Origin: the human T2T-CHM13v2.0 reference genome, Homo sapiens
DNA length: 64,000 nt
Assembly: GCF_009914755.1 (NCBI RefSeq)
Contig: NC_060929.1
Reading direction: 5' to 3' (one strand)
This document shows, piece by piece, positions 53,301 to 64,000 of the stretch. Below the pieces are notes generated by a model, which was given only the letters and a program-made list of their open reading frames with translations, searched no databases and was not told where the DNA came from. The position numbers and the translations under genes were made by a program. Each line of letters begins with the position of its first letter. The first letter of the stretch is position 1.

Positions 53301-56300
53301 CAACTGTAAAATGTGCACTTTGTGCACAAAAAGTTACAAAAACAAGAGTATTTTAAGTTATCATTAACCCAAAGCAACCTAGTTATGGACCACCTTGCTT
53401 GATAGGATTTTAGTTCATGAAGCTTCAGATTTTGTTCTCTTGATAAAAGCACCCTTGAATATCATTTTTAAGCCTGACAATTATTTTCTTGTAAAGAGGG
53501 TGTTATATATATCAAAAATAGAACTTCAAGTTTTCTATAGAATTACCTTGTAACGTTAAATGATGGTATCATTAGCATATAATTATAACATATATAATTA
53601 TACATAAATGATATGCTATATACTTTCGACATCTCTTATGTATATGACTGTCAGGTATAGACTATCTATTAACAAAGCCAGGTAAAATTAAAGTAGACCT
53701 ATTATCATTATTACCTTTTTAACTTACGATTTATTCTTCAATTTTGGATAGAATTTTGTACAATGGAAGCATACTAGAAGTAAGTCAACAATAGACAGTT
53801 AAGAAGAGGCAACAAGATAATTGTTCCATCTTGCCTGGTGAACTCTTAAGTCAACAAAGGAGCCCGCCCCTCTGGCTAATCACCCAGTGTGGGTTCTGTG
53901 ACTGACAGGAGAGCAGAGAAGTGCATCTCTGCTGCGGGAGTTCTCTCCTGTTTTCTAATTCAAACATTTGCAGCACAAAGTGAATAAACTTGAATAATGC
54001 CAACTAAGAAGTAAGGTATCTGTATTTTGGGGTGATATTTAGAATTAAGCTAGTCATGAAAATATTCTGTACCAATAACTGTGCAGTTATCGTTTCCGCA
54101 CGCTGCCAACAAGGCAGACAGATGCAGAGGAAACGTCCTTACAATTTTCTGGAATGTAGACACGAAGCGCAAATTGAACCTCTGGCAGATGGCAGAAAAG
54201 GTGACTTGACAATGAGTTTGAAACAATTAAAGTGATATTCTCATTCATTCATTTCCACAATTTTATTCATTTCGAGGAAAGCCCAGAGGATTGGAACATG
54301 GATATAAAGGAGGACAACCTAAGACTGCAAGTTTCATCTTCCGAAAGGCTGCATTTATAAGCAGGCTGCCAGAGGCTGCGCTTTCTTTCTCACTCTTTGC
54401 ATCCAGGAGCCTGGAGGATCTTGCTGCCTACCCCCCGCCCCACGCCAACCCCATGAGACAGGGACACCGCCGCCCCTTGTTTAGTAATCCTCGGGTTGTC
54501 TGATCACTATCCTCTAGGCCAGCGATTGGATTCACCTCTTCTTTCGCGTACTTACGGGCAACCGAGGCCATCCGAGGCCCTGGTCCCGAACGAACTTGAG
54601 TAGCGAGAGATTCACAATAAAGAACTAAGTGTGGCCTCCCAGGGGCTGCGCTCGCCATCCAGGGACTGAAAGAGACCTGCGGGATGATTTTCTGTTTTCC
54701 TCTAGCAGGAATCAGAACAAGGGGCGTAGATTCGGTTCAATTTTTCTGCTTCGGTCAATGGGAAGATGAAATAGAAAAATTCTCTTTCACTCGCAACACG
54801 GAGACTTAGGGGGCTGTCTAGCTAGAAGGTTGGCAAACTGCAAAACGGCGGGGCAGGGGGCCAAGGGGACGGTTGGGGTCTCTTTGTTTAGCTCTTCTCT
54901 CATCCCAGGACTCAGGCTAGGCTAAATTTCTAGCGCCGTGTGTGCTTGAAAGCAGACAGGTGGGATTCTTGGAAAGAACATACACAACACAGCTTCTGAG
55001 CCCCAGAAGGACCTTAAGACAGGAGTTCCTGAGCCCTGAACAAGAGGCTACCTAGGGTAAAGCGATTGATCTCCGCGCGGTGCGGCTGAGAAGAGAAGGC
55101 GTTGTTGACCTTTCGGGGAGCAAGTTAATAACTCAGCCGAGTTGATGAAGTGACGTTCTTTCTGAAAGGGGTCGTCTCCTGGGCCCCTTTTCTCAGTCGG
55201 CATTTAGCAGGTAGGGAGGCAGGGCAAATTCTTCTCTCCACGTGAAGTCACAAAGAATTGATGAGTTTCAACAGCATGGATCTGAAGTCGTAGATAATTC
55301 TAAACACACCCGCGCCAGAGTTCACACTCTTGTTCATCTCTGCGGAGTTGGAGCAGACAGCGACCTTCAAAATTGTCCCTAAAATCTCTCTCGAACTGAC
55401 CGGGCATTTACTGGGATTTGAGGGGTTTTTCTTCAGCTTCCAAACTACTGTTACATGCAGAATATACTGGTAGATGCCACCAATGATTGCCCACCTCTCT
55501 TTAAAAGTTGCCCCGTCCACGCACCATTCAGCTTACACTAAACTGTCCCGACATGCCTTAGCCGTCAGTTTAATTCATAAAGTAGCTGTAACTCTTGACA
55601 TCACCTCCGCAGCCCACCCGAGGACTCCTTCCCAGGACACCTTATGAGGCTGTTTTCCGAGGGCTGAATTCTGAGACTTAAAGGAAGGTTACTTGAGGCA
55701 TCCTGGTATATTTCCGGGCTTCCAACTCCCTCCCCTGCTTGGCTGGTAATTTTCTGCTGCTCCTCCTCCTCCCCCACTTGACCTCCTCCGAGGTACCTTC
55801 GCCTCCCCTCCCCCGCTCGTCCCCAGTAAATCTCCAGCGGGTGGGGGAAATCAATCCTTTGGCGCTAAAGCTAAACTCAGAGCTGCCCGTTGGACAGGAT
55901 TGCAGTGGGGTAAATGGTGTCCGTCCTTTCAGAAAGAATGATCAACTACATGGAGGTAACTTGCTCTGGGTTTCCTGAGATCTCGGGCGGACCCGTCCGT
56001 GTTTTGCCAGATTCAGTGCAAATGTAGATTTCAGCTGAACCGGTCAGGACTTGAGAGATAGCTGTTTCACTCTCCGGACTGCAACCACTTCCGCGAGAAT
56101 CTGATACATTTAATGAAAGCTTTGCCAAATGTACGGGTCAGCGCGTCCTTGGGCCACCACCACTTGGGTCAGCACACTGCACTCACTAGCGCCAACCTGG
56201 GCTCCACGCAGCAGAACTCGGTTAAAAATCGTCTGTTCCTGGTCACTTAGGAGTTCTAGGGGGCAGGGGGAAGCAAGAAAAAGGTTTCACTTGACACTGC

Positions 56301-59300
56301 CAGCCGCTTTTGATAAGTCATAGTAAATACTTTCAGAAGCACAATTTTAAAGGGAGAATACAAATTTCCGTCCTCGCTTGGCCGAACGCCTCCCTGCAAT
56401 CAACTGCGGACCTTCGCATGCTCAGGACTGAACTGAGGTTTGTGGTTTCGCAGCTGCCCCGATGCCGGGAGCATGAAATTCTATCTCGGCTGAGAACCGA
56501 GCAACAGACCGCACAAGAACGGTGCCTTCTGGCCTGTCGTCTGCCAAGAAATACCAGGAAAGCTGGTGTCAGAAACAACTACCTGAACTCAGAAAGTAAG
56601 GCTAGGAAGCTCTGCGTGCAGAGAAAATTCTTGCTAATTCACCCAGACTGTTTTATCTGGTTAATAAAGCAATTGACACTCAACAAAACCACAATCGCAG
56701 CAGGAGTCCTAGGCATCAGAATAAGAATCACAACTAAAGGTTTGTTGTTGTTAACAACTGCCTTTATTATCATTGCTTAGTATTTTTTTAAGTAAAAGGA
56801 AAGAAAAAGAGAATCATTTCATACCCACTGGTATCTCTTCCTTTTCTCTGAAATTAGAGCACAGATTCTCCTGATTGTTCCTCAATAAGCCACCACCACC
56901 AACGGGAAGAGACGCAAATTGGTTCTAAACACCCACACCCCGTTCGCGGTGGAATATAAATGGTTAATCGTAACTCCCTTTAAACGCACATAATTTTATC
57001 TGACCCTTGGACATGATTAAAGATACTGAGGATTTATATAGCCTTATTCTACATCATTAGAGACTACACAGAAAAGATAAAAACGGGAAAGGGGATACAT
57101 ACGCATCTACTCAATATCCATTTTTAGAGGTAAATAAAATCTTCCTGTTTCATTTTGGCCCCCAAATTATATGATGTGGACATCAGAAAATATAAATCCT
57201 TCAGTTATACATATTTTTTCATCTGAATACCTTACTCAGTAAAACTGGCAGTGTAACTTATTCTACTCTTTCAAACCTGATTCTGATGTGAGCTAAACAT
57301 ATAGCATCATCTCCCTGGGAATAAATTCTCAAATTTATACCTCCATTGGAAAGCTGATCAAAGCCCCTCTTCCCTTCCCAGTCTTGGTTAGATGAGAAGG
57401 AATAAGCTGTCTTACTGTTTGTGATTTCCCAAAGAAACAACTTAAAATTCATTTATATCTGCCAGAGGTTATTGGGAGATAAATAAATGCTAAATGTGTA
57501 ATTTTACCTTTCAATTGCAATTAAAACCTATTTAGATTTTTGAAATGTAGCTTGAGAGCATGATGTTTGTGCAGGAATCTGTATCTGACATTAAGTTTGA
57601 TGTGGAATGTTTAAATGGTAACTAAAGCAGAGAAAGCAACAGTACACAAAAACACAAGTCTAAGAGCCCATCAGGAGGTTGGGTGTAACAGCCACATTTT
57701 GGAAGGTGTATACAAGGGCACATGGGCAGATGCCACAGACTCCAGAGGAACTTAAATTTCAGTATCCCTTTTATATTGAAAGACACTGTCAGATATATTG
57801 AGGCAGCCTGGAGGTGATGGGGACTACACTTAATAACTACTCATACTCCTCATTTTCTCAGTAAAGGAATCAAACCAGAGATTCACACTATTGCCGTTTT
57901 CAAGGATATATTTTTGACCTAACAATATACAAAGGTCAAAACGAGTCCTTTTTTGAGAGGAGAGGGTCTAATCCCCGCTTTGAACACAAGAGGTCGCTCC
58001 TGTGATCAAGTATTACGGATAAATTGCTCATCAGTTTTATGTATACAAAATTTTACAGATATATTTGATGCACTAAATCCACATACAGCAATCAGCTGAG
58101 GAAATCATAATAATCCATGATCAATTTAGAACTTCAAGGTAAAGTAAAACTACAAAGCCTGCTATTCTAACTTGGATTTTAATGCAAAATGTGTCATGAT
58201 ACATGCACTGAACTTCAGAGCATGTCCATCATGGTGGGGTCCCTCAAACGTCTCCTTTTAATGCTGGTATCTTCACCATGCGTCTTGCTTCTATCAGTTT
58301 AGGAACTTATTAAGAAAATACTTGTTTACAACAATGGTGCAGAATGAAAAGAGGAAAATGTTGTCTTCACCATTAAGGTGAAATTGTCTATTACTAAAGG
58401 TTTCCCCCAAGCCGCATGCAAGCTTTTCTACTTGGAAGTGCTATCATCTGCAATAATTCTTTGTAATAGCTTATTGGTTTAGGGAGTTAAAATACCACAC
58501 TGTGGGTGGGAGGTGGGGGCTGGTTTGAAGGAGGATGGATAGTGAGGGTGCTTTGTGGATCTCAAATGTAAGTCATCAGGCTTCTGGTGGCTTCTGGTGT
58601 TTAATTCCATCTTATAAAAGTGGCATGATGGAATATGACTAGGTAAAACTCTATTTTCTGGCATTGTGGTGGTATCTTTTTTTTTTTTTTTTTTTACTAG
58701 GGTCAACATGTTTATCTCTATGGGAAACACACACAAATACTAGGAAGATTTGCTTCGTATTGAGATTAACAGCATCAGCTTTGCAAAAGCAGCCTGACAA
58801 AAGGCTCCATACATCTAATACCAGAGACTAGAAACAGACCAAAAAAAAAAAAAAAAAAAAACACACACCACACAACTGGTAAACTTATCAACCTAGGTCT
58901 ATCCAACTTTCGCTTTCATACACGCGCTCTAAAACAACTTATAATAAAAATGGAAGGGAAGACAGATCCAATTTGAAATCCTCCTTGAGAAAAAACAAAT
59001 CAAAACTAGTTCCTGGGGAAGAAAGCCTCAGCTAGGTCAGGAGGAAACTTACGCATCTTTGATTCCCTTTCCGCTTTGGAGAGGCATTACCCGTTCAAGC
59101 CCAGCCAATGCGGCCGGCCAGGATTTACAGCTCTTATCAAGGGTTAGATTTTGCGAAAGATATAAAGAAAGGAGTTTCCTAACACACCGGGTCTTCTCAC
59201 AGCAACAAGACACCGAAATTAAGCCTTCTATGGTTTGTGTCTGTAGGACTTTTTAGATAAAACTGGCAGCCCCATTAGATAAGAAATGGCTTTTTAGAAG

Positions 59301-60510
59301 CTTTGGGGGAAGCGCGGGGGTTCTTCGTGGCCTTCCTGTGACTGTCTTTGGGAGACCGTAACAGATGATGGGAACATGTAAGAATGATTGAAGAAGGTTA
59401 CCGGCGAGTTGCACCTAACAGTCTTCTCTCTCCAAGTAGTTTCTCGAGAGAAAATTATATATTAACGCCTGGGGACGTGAAATAGGTCTTTCACTGTTCT
59501 GTAATAAATCCCTCCCTACTCGCGCCCTTAGACTAATGCATTTTTAAAAAATCTCCACAAAGTCATGGAGACTTGTCCTTATAATTACCAAAATACCACA
59601 GCTAGTTGCACAAGTTTGCTTAAAAACAAAGGGCAGGAGACCAGCAGTGAGAAGAATTGAACAGTATATAAAAATCTTACAAACTTTAGACTACTGAAAG
59701 ATCATTTCGCTCTTTGGCTTCGGGTTAGTGAGCTTCAATTCTAGAGTTAAACTGAGAAGCAGACCTCGCGGGTCTGAAAGACAAAAAGTCAGTCCGCGGA
59801 GTCAACTTCGGTTTACCGGTGCGTTCCAACCTGATTGTCCCAACAGCAAGAAGCGCCCCTTTCCTCCCACCCAACGTTTTTAGATATCTGAGGTTGGGGG
59901 AGACGGAGTAATGGTGTAGCAGTCAGGAAACAGTTCCTCTGGGTTTAATCATCCCATTCCCGATTCTTCTTCCCCTAGCGCGCCGAGCGCAGCCAGTTCT
60001 GGAGGAACTAGCCCTCCGGAGCAGCCAAGGCAGGCCAGGCCCCGGGGATGTGCACCACGGCGTGGGGACCAAACCAAGCTGAACGGCCTGCTCCAAGTTC
60101 CCCCCTTTTCCTAGAGCCCGGGAGGGACCTCGTCAACAGGTAGACCTACCCACCAGCCACTCGCCACCGGCGGCAGAAAGTGAGCCCCGCGCGCAACGCG
60201 GCCAGCCGGACTGCGGGGACCCCAGGAGCGCAGGGCGGAGGAGCAGCGCCACAGGAGGCGAGGGCGCAGGCGGCGCGGCCGGGAAGGAACGCGGGAGGGG
60301 ACAGAAGGAAGAGGAAGAGGAGGAGAGGGAGGCCAGAGCCAGAACAGCCCGGCAGCCCGAGCTTCGGGGGAGAACGGCCTGAGCCCCGAGCAAGTTGCCT
60401 CGGGAGCCCTAATCCTCTCCCGCTGGCTCGCCGAGCGGTCAGTGGCGCTCAGCGGCGGCGAGGCTGAAATATGATAATCAGAACAGCTGCGCCGCGCGCC
60501 CTGCAGCCAA
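49918..60510 (-). ncRNA. ISL1-DT: Probable span of the ISL1 divergent lncRNA; exons not resolved, ends approximate
   Basis: Mostly prior knowledge that a divergent transcript runs upstream from the ISL1 CpG island; sequence support limited to the bidirectional-type promoter and a minus-strand AATAAA at 49938-49943. Confidence 0.4.
54400..56560. promoter_or_regulatory. Upstream CpG-enriched region (secondary island / regulatory domain)
   Basis: Visible rise in CpG and GC content with no repeat origin, 4-6 kb upstream of the ISL1 promoter. Confidence 0.55.
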
Positions 60511-60760
60511 TGGGCGCGGCGCTCGCCTGACGTCCCCGCGCGCTGCGTCAGACCAATGGCGATGGAGCTGAGTTGGAGCAGAGAAGTTTGAGTAAGAGAT
60601 AAGGAAGAGAGGTGCCCGAGCCGCGCCGAGTCTGCCGCCGCCGCAGCGCCTCCGCTCCGCCAACTCCGCCGGCTTAAATTGGACTCCTAGATCCGCGAGG
60701 GCGCGGCGCAGCCGAGCAGCGGCTCTTTCAGCATTGGCAACCCCAGGGGCCAATATTTCC
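59960..60760. promoter_or_regulatory. ISL1: ISL1 CpG-island promoter and 5'UTR
   Basis: Very high GC/CpG; CCAAT at 60507-60511 and 60553-60557; CRE-like TGACGTC 60528-60534 and TGCGTCA 60544-60550; no obvious TATA. Confidence 0.85.
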
Positions 60761-60851
60761 CACTTAGCCACAGCTCCAGCATCCTCTCTGTGGGCTGTTC
60801 ACCAACTGTACAACCACCATTTCACTGTGGACATTACTCCCTCTTACAGAT

Positions 60852-60879
60852 ATGGGAGACATGGGAGATCCACCAAAAA
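60852..60879 (+). CDS. ISL1: ISL1 coding exon 1 (MGDMGDPPK + 1 nt)
   Basis: ATG at 60852, 28 nt, donor GTAAGA at 60880; joins exon 2 in frame to give [21 protein letters not shown]. Confidence 0.96.
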
Positions 60880-61582
60880 GTAAGAGGCTATTTTACCTTG
60901 TGGGGCTCGGTGTGCTGTTCTTGTGCGGGGTTCTCTCTCAGGCACAGGCTGAGGTGCCAAGGGCTCTTTGGAGTTGGAGTCATTGCCTGGAGAAAGAGAA
61001 AAGGTGGCTTTTTCTTGTTGCCGCCACGCCTGCATGCTTACTGTCGGTTCTTATCTTCGGGAAACTGATTGTACCTTGTGTGTGAATTCGCCTGTGTGCC
61101 CTCCAAAGCTCTAGCTTTCTGGTGCTAAGCGGTGATTTCCTCCTGGGGAATCCTGAGCTCTCCGAGAAGGTTATTATGTTGCAAAGGTCTGCCTGCACAG
61201 TCAATGCCCAGAGATGTGAATTAGCATTAGACTTGCAAAAGAGAACGAGTGACAACTGTATTTATGCCTGCTCTTGCTAACAATATCCAGTCCTGTGTGC
61301 TATTTAAGAGCGCGCTTCACGGAAAATATAGACATCCCTGCGTTCACTTAACGCTTCTAGTCAAAACCTTTTCTTTGACTTGACTTATCCATAATCTTTC
61401 CCAATGATTATAGCAAAGAGGAAGGGGGGGGGGAGAAATACAAAATGAGCGGGTTTGATTGCGTGCTAGGCGTACAAATGTAGACTATTCCAATCTGCAT
61501 TTTACATATATTCCACCTCCTTTTAAAAATGAGTCAAGGTTTTGATGGCACATTTCAATTACCATCCCAAAGTGCAATGCTC

Positions 61583-61622
61583 TAAAAAAAAAAAAAAAGA
61601 AAGAAAGAAAGAAAGAAAAAAA
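61583..61622. repeat. Poly-A/(GAAA)n microsatellite in ISL1 intron 1
   Basis: aaaaaaaaaaaaaaagaaagaaagaaagaaagaaaaaaa. Confidence 0.9.
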
Positions 61623-61720
61623 CCTCCCAGAGTACGCCCTATAAGAGAACGACACTAAAAGTGTGTTTATCTCTGTAGGAAGTAAACGGTTAGTCAATCA
61701 TGTATTTATTTTCATTTCAG

Positions 61721-61910
61721 AAAAACGTCTGATTTCCCTATGTGTTGGTTGCGGCAATCAGATTCACGATCAGTATATTCTGAGGGTTTCTCCGGATTTG
61801 GAATGGCATGCGGCATGTTTGAAATGTGCGGAGTGTAATCAGTATTTGGACGAGAGCTGTACATGCTTTGTTAGGGATGGGAAAACCTACTGTAAAAGAG
61901 ATTATATCAG
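61721..61910 (+). CDS. ISL1: ISL1 coding exon 2, LIM domain 1
   Basis: Acceptor ttttcatttcAG at 61720, donor GTATGG at 61911; encodes [57 protein letters not shown] (LIM Cys/His pattern); gene continues beyond the window. Confidence 0.97.
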
Positions 61911-63553
61911 GTATGGCATTTACACTTCTTTCTTAATTTTGTGGGATTTCCCTGAATCTCCCCACTCTTTATGTATTATTTGGTGTGGCTTTGTCTTTTT
62001 GTGAAGTTTGCCTCAGTGTAGTCATACAAGCCAAAGTTACCCTGTACATGTGTTAAAAAAATCAAGCTATGCTGTTCATTTCATTCTTTAGTTGAGAAAA
62101 ACAAAAACCCTTAACAGTGGTATTCATAATTCCGGGGTATTGAGGCTTGTTTAATTACTCTTGGAGTTTATGATGCACAAATTATTTTCCTCTTTCACCC
62201 TCCCCCTTACAAAACAAAATTTTAAAAAGATGGAGAAGTTTGGATTTTTAGCTTTAAAATAGGGTTGATTTTTGTTGTATAGTGCAGTGTTCTGTTTGTT
62301 TTAGTCCTTTTTAAAATTAGTAGCTTACAAATTCTTTGGTGGCATCAATGCAATAGGTGAAATAAAAGTTTGACCGAAGCATGTTTAGAGATGTACTTTG
62401 AAAGAGCGAGTACAGGTATTGCTCCTTTTATTTTTGGGGTAAGACCTCCTTCTGAGAAAAATTTAAAACCAACCTAAATATTCCTTGGAAAAAACACCGG
62501 AAACTTAATCTTTTTAAATATTAACCCTTTGGTGACATCTAACTGTCTCTTCTTTCTTATCTTATCTGAGCTGATGAATTAGAGCAGATCAAATTGCCCA
62601 TCATCTGTCTACGAACAATTGGTATATTTAGATAATTGAACAGCTTCCTTTCTCACATTAAAATCTGGTAACTGATAAAATGAGCGAATTGTCCAAATTG
62701 ACAAGACTGAAACAACATAGGAACTTTCTGAGTTTGGTTTTGTTGTTTTGGAGAGTTTTTGTTTTTTTTTTTCCTCCAATTTATTCTGCAACACGTTTTG
62801 CTAATCTCAAGTTTCCTCTGACTTGTGTGTATGTATCAGAAACTTTGTTTTCTGCCTTAGAAAGCCAGTAGTCTCTAAAGAAAATTGTATTCATTTTATT
62901 AACAAACAGAAGAGACATCAGCATCATTATTATGTTAAATAATAGCAAAATATCACTTTTTAAATGTCCGGTGGCTATTAACAAGTAATTAATTAGCTTT
63001 TGTTAGGCAAATGGTTTCTGGAGCTTGAGAACTTTTATTAAAGTTTAGTTAAGATTTAATATACAGTCACAGTTTGCTCCTGCTCACTTAGTATCCAGCA
63101 TTTTTTTCTTCTTTTTTAAAAATCATGACACAGAGAGTATAATCTTGGTAGATAAAATTAACCTGGTTGGGGGAGGTTAATACTTCGGAGAGGGAGTGAA
63201 AGGAAGTAAGGGAAGTCGGGGTACAGGAAGGGGGAGGGATTTTCTAAATTGTTTGGTCACCGCCAAAGTCAAGTCTTCACCCTATGAAATGGAAGATCTC
63301 ACATTGAGTAGGCGGAGGGAGGAAAAACTTTTGAGTCCACCTTCTAACCTCTGACAAATGAGCGTTTTCATTGTTTACTAGATTGGTGTGTAAACGCAAG
63401 ATTCTAGAGAAGGAGAGCCCACTTCAGGAGTATCTTTACTGCTATGGAAATAGTATTTTGCTCAATTGCACACAGGCTTGCATGTGCCTAATTCTGGATA
63501 CACACATGTGTAGAAGGAACTAATCATTTTTACCTTCTCTTCACTCTCTCTCA

Positions 63554-63558
<5 letters not shown>

Positions 63559-63594
<36 letters not shown>
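63559..63594. repeat. (GT)18 microsatellite in ISL1 intron 2
   Basis: Perfect GT dinucleotide run. Confidence 0.95.
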
Positions 63595-63597
<3 letters not shown>

Positions 63598-64000
63598 CTT
63601 GTAGTTGTAAAAGCAGAACAGACTGGACAGTTAGATTTCCACATCTCTCCTTGGAGAAGCAGGATGCCTCCTCCTGTTATGTGGATCTTTTCCTCTCTCT
63701 TCCATTCTTTCTGTTCGTAGGAATGCCCCAGCTTCTGTTATTCCTGAAAGATGGAGAAGGGGCCAGGGAAGTGCAGCCTAGATGGAACCTATAAAGATTG
63801 TCCCTTGGTAAGGAAAGGCCAGGAGTGAGAAAGACCTTAGAAGCGGGTCTTTGCATTTTTTTCATTCTGGTCATGGTTTTCAAGAAAATTGAAATGAGGT
63901 AGATGATTCAGCAACTTGAAAAAGATTGAGGGAACAGACGCAGATTTTTTTAAAAAAATAATAATACAAGGAAGAATGGAGAGGAAATTTTCTGTTAACA

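Noticed and set aside
56310-56780. 156-aa ORF upstream of ISL1
   Set aside because: Non-ATG start, no homology recognised, lies in GC-elevated regulatory DNA
60852-61085. 77-aa ORF starting MGDMGDPPKSKRLF
   Set aside because: Read-through of ISL1 exon 1 into intron 1 past the GTAAGA donor; not a separate gene
61663-62004. 113-aa ORF containing a LIM domain
   Set aside because: ISL1 exon 2 with flanking intron translated; true boundaries are 61721-61910

Overview
This is primate, almost certainly human, genomic DNA. It covers about 60 kb upstream of ISL1 plus ISL1's CpG-island promoter, coding exons 1-2 (N-terminus and first LIM domain) and part of intron 2. The first ~50 kb are repeat-rich: a 5'-truncated L1PA2-like element (-) and a full-length L1PA4-like element (+) lie head-to-head, alongside Alus, MIR/L2/L3, MaLR and ERVL LTRs, a deleted HERV16-type provirus, a MER85 piggyBac MITE, a Tigger relic and a TSD-flanked 3'UTR retrocopy. 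The last ~13.5 kb lack recognisable young repeats and are CpG-rich. There are no prokaryotic systems, CRISPR arrays or RNA genes, and I see no new gene system. The most unusual signal is that the two inverted L1s, from different subfamilies, share at least nine non-consensus substitutions at mirror-image positions. This points to repeated ectopic gene conversion and possibly recurrent inversion upstream of ISL1. Repeat subfamily calls and consensus comparisons come from memory and need RepeatMasker/Dfam confirmation, and boundaries of old repeats are approximate.
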